A stretch of DNA of 64,000 bases from Eledone cirrhosa (taxonomy: Eukaryota): positions 234,360,001 through 234,424,000 of the forward strand of contig OZ024740.1 in assembly GCA_964016885.1 (NCBI GenBank), given 5' to 3'. Below, one piece after another: positions 55,336 to 64,000 of the stretch (its first letter is position 1; each line of letters opens with the position of its first letter). The position numbers and the translations under genes were made by a program. The notes under the pieces are model-generated. The model made no database searches. It was not told the origin of the DNA and worked only from the letters and a program-made list of their open reading frames with translations.

Positions 55336-56928
55336 GACAAAGCCGATGAAATACAACTTGCGTCGGATGTGAAGGACGTTAAGGCAATGTATAATCTTCT
55401 TCGTGAAGTGTATGGACCACCTACATCACCAGTTGCGCCTCTTAGGACAAAGGATGGCAATCAGCTCCTTAGAGATCCCAATGATATCCTGTTGAGATGG
55501 CGGGAACACTTTGACGAGCTTCTCAATAGGGATTCAGAGGTTGACGAATAGTTTATCAGGTCCATACCTGATAAGCCGGTAAAGGAAATCCTTGCTGAGC
55601 CTCCAACGACCGAGGAGGTTAAAAGTGCTGTCAGGAAACTCAATGGTGGGAAGTCGCCTGGATTGGATGGGCTGTATGCTGAGATCTTGAAGCACGGTGG
55701 AGAGAATCTCTTGCACCAACTTCATTCTTTGGTTCTGGATGCCTGGAACAACAATCATGTTTCCGATGATTGGAAGGATGGTGTGATGGTTGTTTTGTAC
55801 ACGGGAAAGGCGACAGGGATAACTGCGGAAACTATCGTGGGATATCACTGTTGTCTGTTGTCGGAAAAGTTCTCTGTTGGACCGTTTATTGCTCCACATT
55901 GCTGATGAAGCTCTACCAGAGTCGCAATCGGGCTTTCGGGCTGGGCGTTGCACTGTGGACATGATCTTTACACCAGACAACTGCAGAAAAAGTGTGTTGA
56001 GCAGAATGTGGATCTCTACCAGGTGTTTGTTGATCTGACAAAGGCGTTTGACACGGTCAACAGAAAGGCCTTATGGGGGTATCTTGAGGAAGCTGGGGTG
56101 CCCTGAGAAGTTAGTTTCCATTTTGCGTTTGTTTCATGATGACATGAAGGCATGGGTAAATGTTGGTGGAAAGCTCTCTGAGCCGGTGACGGTCGAGAAT
56201 GGAGTCAAACAGGGTGACATTCCAGCTCCAACGCTCTTTGCTTTGTACTTCCCCATTGTCTTCGAACAGACCTTCGGAAACTGCAATCATGTTCGCTATC
56301 GATCAACTGGAAAGCTGTTTAATATCAGGAGGAACGCGAGCAAACCCAAGATGCGTTTTAAGGAGTGCATCAAGGGGGCGCTCAAGAAAAGTAACATTCC
56401 TTGTGAGCACTGGGAAGCATGCGCTAGCGACCGATCGCATTGGAGGAAAGCAGTGGCTAGTGGCAAGAGTCTATTTGAGGAAACAAGAAGAAGGCGCGCG
56501 ACACTAAAAAGAGATGTCCGGAAAGGAATCCATGTTGGCCTTCCCGAAGGCACTGACAGACGGCCTGACCTGACATGTGAGACCTGTAATAGGGTTTGTC
56601 TGAGCATGGCAGGTCTAAAGAGTCACCTGGGAGTGCACAAGAACAGGGAAGCAGGCACCTGTGGAGCTATAAGTGTTCATCAAACGACGACATGTAAGGT
56701 TTGTGGAAGGGTATGCAGGTCGAGTAGTGATCTCACACGACACCTTGGGTCACATGGTACCATGGGCCCAGCACTATGTGTCAATAATTGTCACAAGTGT
56801 CGTGTTTGTACCAGAGTTTTCAAGTCGCTGGCTGGACTAAAAAGCCACAATCGTTCAGCACATCGGTAAGGTTCTCCTACATGGATATAAAGTAGTGGCC
56901 GTACTCGAAAACGAGTTGGCAGCCACCA
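55336..56928 (+). mobile_element. 5'-truncated, internally deleted RTE LINE with three C2H2 zinc fingers, in (TATG)n
   Basis: RWREHF, KSPGLDG, NYRGISLL, FVDLTKAFD, GVKQG; the YADD region is absent (jump near 56335); fingers CETC..HLGVH, CKVC..HLGSH and CRVC..HNRSAH. Confidence 0.92.
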
Positions 56929-56950
56929 TGTATGTATGTATGTATGTATG

Positions 56951-56981
<31 letters not shown>

Positions 56982-57009
56982 GTATGTATGTATGTATGTT
57001 TGTATGTAT

Positions 57010-57225
57010 GCTTTGTATCTGTACATGTGTTAATGCAGTTATTAGATGCAGAATTTTTGGAATGTTTTACATATTTTTACTGTTCCATTAATGGATTGTA
57101 CTTGTAATTTCCTAACTAGTCGTGTTCAATCTATTTCTGTGAAGCCCAGCTTCTTAAGATTTGTACTGAAGCAGTTACTAACATATCCCAGTGCCCCAAT
57201 AATCACAGATATAAATCATAGGTCT
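57010..57225 (-). mobile_element. R4/Dong-like LINE 3' fragment
   Basis: Reverse complement of about 43480-43685. Confidence 0.85.
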
Positions 57226-57382
57226 AAGAGAGAGTGAGGGGGGGGGGGGTATGAGAGAGAGAGAGAGAAGAAGAAAGTGAGAGAAACTAAAATTGCAAAC
57301 AAAATTATGGTGTTTTATCAGTGTTTCAGTTAGTTAATACACACGTAAAGTAAATAAGCCGGGCCTAAACTCTTCTCATTAT

Positions 57383-57700
57383 GTGGATTGGCAGTATCGT
57401 TAGAGGGTCGGACACCATGCTTTGACGCATAGAGTTACGGCCCTTGCCATTCTGTGTTCAAATCTCGGCGAGATTAACTTTGCCTTTCATCCTTACGGGG
57501 TCGATAAAATAAAGTACCAGTAATGCACTGGGTAATTGCTGGCCTTGTGCCAAAAGTAGAAACAATTATTTCTGAAGACGGCGGATAGGGAAGACGTATG
57601 TATATTTTCTTACTTTGATAATTTGTAATATATTTTACATAGATCACTAATAGAATGAACTGGGTATTTGCTGGCCTTGTGCCAATAGTAGAAACAATTA
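57383..57700 (+). mobile_element. SINE fused to the 5' part of the 39.6-kb hammerhead unit, followed by a second SINE tail
   Basis: 57572-57660 matches 39596-39684. Confidence 0.85.
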
Positions 57701-57981
57701 TATTTTCTGTATAGTAGAAGTCACTCCTGAGTTTCAATAAAAAGAGCTACGTCGTTTTTAATCATAGGGCGTTGGATGCTGAAAAGCCTGTTGCTTAACC
57801 ATTGGGTCTGTTTTCACAGTGAGGCTAAACATGTTTAGACATGTTTAGTTAACATATGATTATAATTTCGTTTAACAGTTCCAACAGCCAGTGTCAGATC
57901 ATGTGACTTGTCAAACACAAACACACACACGCACACTCAACACATACACACGCACACACACACTACACACACACACATATG

Positions 57982-58014
<33 letters not shown>

Positions 58015-58029
58015 GCATTTATTTATGTA

Positions 58030-59420
58030 TGTTCTTCTGGTTATATAATTTCACAAATGTTTGCCAATAGAGAGAGAGTCGGGTTCTAACATTGATACAA
58101 GACTCTCTCATTGGAATTTACATAACATGAACTAGGTAGATATGTATGCATGTCTGTATGCATGCATGCATGCATGTGTGTTCAGGTATTGATGTTTTTG
58201 AGTTGTATGTGTGCATGTGTATATGTTTTGTATCTGTACTAGTGTATATGCAGTTATTAGATGCAGAATTTTTGGAATGTGTTACATAATTTTGCTGTTC
58301 TATTAATGGATTGTACTTGTAATTTCCTAACTTGTGTTCTTTCTGTTCCTGTGAAGCCTAGCTTCTCAAGATGTGTATTGAGACAGTTACTAACATGTCA
58401 CAGTGTCCCAATAATCACAGGCATAAATCTGAAGGTGTAATCAGGGTGGGGTATCTGCAGATATCTCATTAGTTCTGCATAGATATTCTTCTTTTCGCTA
58501 ATCTTTGATAGTATATTGGCATCTGCTGGGCAGCTAATTTCCACTACTGTGCATACCTTCTTTTCCCTCTCCTATATCATTATATCTAGTCTGTTATTCC
58601 TGCAATTTATTGGGGTTTTTACTGGAACATTCCACCATATTATGTAAATGTATCTCTTCCACATTGCTGTAGCTTTTAATGTGTTTATTGTCGGGGCTAT
58701 CTTTTCTACGAATTGCATTGTACAGTGTTTTGGCCACTACATCATGCCTCATAGGTAGATAGTACCGCGATGACATATTTGGACAGCTGCTTATGACATG
58801 GGTGACATCTTCGATGTTAATTCTGCAAAGTCTGCACTTGGCACATCTAGGTGGTTTTCCTGCATCCCTATCTCTTTTGTGAATCGGGTATTTTGTGTTG
58901 ATTTCCTGTTCTTGGATTGCAAAAGCGTATCCTTCAAAGTGGAAGCCAATATAGCGGATTTTGGTCCAATATAGACTACTTTGTTTATCTATATTACTCT
59001 CACTCTGGAGCTTCCTGGCAATATATCCATGCATCATTTTTTGCTGATAAGCATGCAGATTTTCATCCATTGATTCACTGCGGTACTGCTGGTCAATTTC
59101 ACTAGGTGTAAGGTTTTGATTATCATGCAGGGAATATCTTTCAAGTAGTTCCTTCCCAACTCTCATGATCTTATCTGTTTCATGCAGATAGACTTGCTCG
59201 AGAGACGGGCTCCTACGCTTCGAGGTTCGTAAATGTTGGCAGAGGGATATGATGCGACACTCAAATGCTGTCTGGACTGATTTAGGCCTCTGCCTCCCTG
59301 CTTACGTTTCAAATAGAGGCGGTCTATGTCACTGTTGATGTGGAAGTTTCCGGTGTTGTTTAGTATTTTTCGAGTCCTAACATCAATTGCTCGGATTTCG
59401 TCTATCGCTATCGTCCAATC
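58030..59420 (-). mobile_element. 5'-truncated R4/Dong-like LINE in (TATG)n
   Basis: DRLYLKRKQGGRGL, MHG, FAIQEQ, CRLC, RHD; same 3' UTR as the 43-kb copy. Confidence 0.9.
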
Positions 59421-59699
59421 GTATGTATGCATGTATGTATGTATGTATGTATGTATGTATGTATGTATGTATGTATGTATGTATGTATGTATGTATGTAT
59501 GTATTGTGTGTGTTGGGGTGGGGGGGAGCAGTGACTCCTAGTCTTTATTAAGACATCTCTCTAGAAAGTCACTGATATAAAGCCTGCGATTTCGTTTGCA
59601 CCCAGCGATGTAGACCAGTTCTATTTTTAAATTCGATGTTCAGAAAGAGGGATTGGCTCTGTGCAAAGCCTTTTCTCACTTAAAAAAAGCTTCAAGTAT

Positions 59700-62200
59700 A
59701 GGCATCACTTGATATGTGATGCATGGCATTGCTGGTCATAGGCAAGTCCCTAGCAGGACTAAAAAGCCTTAAGTATCAAGCGATGGCATTACTCACACTC
59801 AAGTTGCAGCCATCCGTCTAAATATTAAATTCACTTTACAAAGATTTATTATAAACAACATGGTTGGAGACGACATCAACAACATTGAGGGCGAAGAAAA
59901 GCAACTACGTGATATTTCTAGTTTGCATTTTTCTTGAAGCTACGAACTCAATATCGACCTATTTTATTGTTATAAAATAAAATATCTCTCTATTGGCAAT
60001 ATGAACAGAATGAAGCTACACTGTGACAAACTTCACCCAGAGCTAAATCATTTCTCAGCCAACAAGTAACATTTGTTGAACATAAAAACAACATAAACAT
60101 TATTCAAAACAATAATGAAAGCGTAAAAACCTTACAAATAACAACACTAAGTTAACAGTCTCCTAGATTGGACATGCAATCAACACGTGTCACAACAGGC
60201 ATCCATGTTACTTTTTTTTTCTTTTTTTTTTTTTTGTAGCCAGTCCGCCCATCAACACCAAAACAACAGTAATACTCAAAGTCTCTTGAAACAGCCATGC
60301 TGGCAACACATTTGACACCTCGTGTCACAACAGACTTAATCGCAACTGCTATATCACGCAGTCACGTTAAATACCGCCAGTGATAATCAATCTATAGTTA
60401 GCTGGGAAAGTGAAGAGTATAAACATTTAAAATATGTCCTTTTCGAAACTTTCCAAACAGATTAATCTCTAGATGAAAACTCTCAAAAAGGACATAAAAC
60501 AAGAATCCAAATAAAGAAATTCGGCGGGCTATCGACGGAATTGGAGGTGAATATTTACGACAAATTTAAACCCCTTACATTTTGGCAAATTAACGTCTGT
60601 CTATATGCCGTAGCAATGGCAGTGAAGCATTATCTTCGTGATAATGAAAGATATTAAGAGAAATAAAACAACACAAAAATACCATAGTATATTTCAAAAA
60701 TAGAAGAAAAAAAAAAGATCGCTGACAGACGAAAAATTATCGACCATATGACAATCCTTATTGCTTGTAAACAAAAACAAAATAACTACAGTCCTCATTA
60801 GCAAAGAGTTAAAAATAAAATAGAAATGATGTTTGGTGACAGTATAAGCAGAACTCTTCAATACAACTTGATCACTCTCATACAACAACTGAGTCATGTC
60901 ATCGAGAAACTCCGGTATCAGATGAAAGTGGCCTAAAGGAAAATGATTAATAACCGATTCAGACGAAACCAAACATCAGTCTATAAATTATAAGGGACAA
61001 AGCAATAAATGTCACCGAGGCTCCAGATTCTTTTTGGAGACAAATATGGGGTGAGGAAAATAAATTCAATCACAATGCAGTGTGGTTGAAAGCGATCTGA
61101 ACGAACTCTTGTCCCCGCATTACATCAAAAACAAAAAGCATACAGCATCAATGATGATGTCTTTAGACTGTGATAGGAAAACATCAGGATAATAAAGCAC
61201 CAGAAAGAGACTTGATTGTCGGCTACTGATGCAAAAAACCGACTTTCTATCGGATGTATCTTATCAACCTCTACCAGCAAGCTTTCAAGGGAGATGTATA
61301 TATACTAAGCTGGTTGACATTAACAGAAACAATATTAGTCCTCAAAAACAAAGAGACCCACTTAGCAAAAAAACTACGACATAAATGATACACAAATGAG
61401 ATAGGTAAAACACATGCAGACTTTGCAGAATAAACATCAAAGATGTCACCCACATAAAAAGCAGCTGTCTAAAGATGTCAACACGATACTATTTACCTAT
61501 GAGACATGATGTAGGGGCCCAAAACACAATCCACTCCGTCGAAATTATAGCCCTTGAGAATAAACAAAAAATTGCAGTGATGTGGACATACATATACATA
61601 ATATGAAAGAGTACTGGTGAAATGTTCCTGTCCAATAAAATGCAAACACAACAGACCAGACATAGTGATATGGGACAGAGAAAAGAAGGCATACACAGTC
61701 GTGAAAATTAACTGCCCAGCGGATGTCAATATTATGCTAAAGATTAGGGAAAAAGAGAACATTTATGCGGAACTGTTAAGGAATCTTCACATACACCGTC
61801 CTGACTATGTTTTTAGATTTGTACCTGTGATGTTTGGGGCTTTGGGATATGGTACTAACTACTTCAGTATAAATTTTGTGAACCTGGGCTTCGCCGAATC
61901 AGAAAGGGCACGGCCACTTAGGAAGTTGTATTTATAGTCCATTAATGGAATGGTAAAAAAAAAATGTAAAATATTTCAACGTGTGATAACTGCACGTTTA
62001 ACATATAACACAAAACATACAGATCAGCACATGTTATACCACCTATACCTGCACAAATACACAAACGCGTGTAGACATACAAACGAATTTACAAAGGTGA
62101 TGTTGTCTAAATTTCACTGAAAGTGTCTTGTTACTATATTAGAAACTGGTTCTCTCTTTATTGGTGAAAATCTGTAAAATAATAAAACCAGAAGAACATA
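59700..62200 (+). mobile_element. Older, degraded, internally deleted R4/Dong-like LINE
   Basis: FWRQIWG, KAPERD, CRLCR, RHD, RPDIVIWD; 3' end CCAGAAGAACATAC. 5' boundary uncertain. Confidence 0.75.
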
Positions 62201-62279
62201 CACATGAGGTCGGTGTGACAGCTAGAATGATCAGGAATGCATTGCGGAAAATAGAAAATTATATGAAATTGAGAGGAAT

Positions 62280-62700
62280 ATATTGAAACTGATAACCCAA
62301 AGGAATACTGGTGTAACCTAAAAAACCACCACCAAATTAAAGCACAAGAGGCTTGATATTATTGTTTGGGACCTAAAATTAAAAGCATGCTCTGTTGTCA
62401 GCTGCCCACATGATGTCAATGTGGTAAGGAATATGCTAGAGAATGAGGATATCTACGGACCAATGGTGAGGTGCTTGCAATTCTAGTATCAAAGATACAC
62501 GTTCAGCTTCAAACCGCTCATTGTTGGAGTTACAGGTTATATAGCAACTTACCTGGAGCAAAGTACAACTGGACTTTGCTTTTTGAAGAAATAACGTAGC
62601 TCCTTAATTCACAAGCTACAAATGATCATAATATCTGGAACCTTCAAAATCTGTAAAACATTCTTACAATTCAAAGGATGAAGGCTTACACAGAAGACGA
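62280..62700 (+). mobile_element. Divergent REL-endonuclease LINE remnant (second family)
   Basis: KHKRLDIIVWD...SCPHDVNV...PLIVGVTG...GTFKICKTFL. Confidence 0.7.
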
Positions 62701-63175
62701 TGAAAATTTCAATTTCTTCACAAACTTGCCACCGGGAAAGTGAGCTGTCGAATATAAATTCAAAATTAGAGAAAGAATATACATACATGCATGATGGCTG
62801 ACCCCTCGTTATCGAGTATGGCCATTGCACGATATAACATTATTAATAATTATTAATTAATGCTACCGTGCAATACCTCTGCGTGAAGATTTTTTTAATG
62901 TGGAGAAAGACTGCACTGAACCAATCCCACTCTCTGAGCGACAGTAGCTATAACCCGAAAGAAGAAAAGTTTAACATCATCGGTTACTACTGAACCACAT
63001 GTTTTATGTCGGAGTCATCCCAGTTTCATGGAATACATGCAATCATACATACCTGCATACATACATGCATACATACATTCATGCATATATACATGCTTAC
63101 ACATACATACATACATACATACATACATACATACATACATACATACATACATACATACATACATACATACATACA

Positions 63176-63641
63176 TAATATCAAAGATTAGTGAAAAGGA
63201 GAATATTTATGCAGAACTGATGAGAAATCTACAGATACTCCACCCTGATTACACCTTCAGATTTATGCCTGTGATTATTGGGGTACTGGGGTATGTCAGT
63301 AACTGCCTCAATACAAATCTTGAGAAGCTAGGCTTCACAGGAACAGAAAGAACGCAACTAGTTAGGAAATTACAAGTACAATCCATTAATGGAACAGTAA
63401 AAATATGTAAAACATTCCAACAATTTTGCATCTAATAACTGCATATACACATGCACACATACAACTCAAAACATACACATCCACACATACAATAACATCC
63501 ATATCTACACATGCAGATATGCAGACATACATATCTACCTAGTTGATGTTGTGTAAATTCCAATGAGAGAGTCTTGTGTCTATGTTAGAAACCGACTCTC
63601 TCTCTATTGGTAAAACTTTATGAAATTATAAAACCAGAAGA
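63176..63641 (+). mobile_element. 5'-truncated R4/Dong-like LINE in (TACA)n
   Basis: Near-identical to about 43390-43883; (CATA)n on both sides. Confidence 0.9.
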
Positions 63642-64000
63642 ACATACATACATACATACATACATACATACATACATACATACATACATGCATACATATA
63701 GATGTGTGTGTGTGTGTATTAGTGTGCATATGTATGTTTGTGTATGATGTATACGTGTATATACGCACGTTTATCAATCGATCTTAGTCTATGTTTATCT
63801 GTCTGTCAGTCTGTTCGTCTATGTCTGCCTTCCCATAATCACAAGAGGCTTTAAATATCAGTTTATACTTCCGCCCTAACAGATTTTCCCCCTATCATCT
63901 CCGCTCCCTCCTCCTCCTATAGTACTGCCATAGAGGTCGCCACATGTAGAATAGTTATAAGGTCACTAAGTATCCCCTTCAGTAACAATCTACCGACATC

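Overview
Repeat-dominated, AT-rich animal genomic DNA. The abundant tRNA-derived SINE and the microsatellite style point to an octopod cephalopod (inference). No complete host gene is recognisable. From left to right: a decayed Polinton/Maverick (adintovirus-like) endogenous element at about 0.2-6.3 kb, with capsid, GTPGxW-protein and fibre-repeat remnants; many SINEs; about 18 kb of simple and satellite arrays (triplets, then a 12-mer, 13-mer and 16-mer); a few possible minus-strand exons; RTE and R4/Dong-like LINE fragments in (TACA)n tracts; a hAT-related and a Chapaev3 DNA transposon; a small Helitron; and Penelope-like fragments. The main finding is a dense set of type I hammerhead ribozymes between 32.6 and 51.6 kb, mostly between (TA)n tracts. 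It includes a near-perfect 310-bp tandem array with 7 sense and 1 inverted hammerheads (retrozyme-like, predicted 310-nt self-cleaved or circular RNA), plus about 8 other hammerhead variants whose helix III is almost always a different palindrome. All structures were folded by eye, and all family assignments rest on recalled motifs, not database searches.
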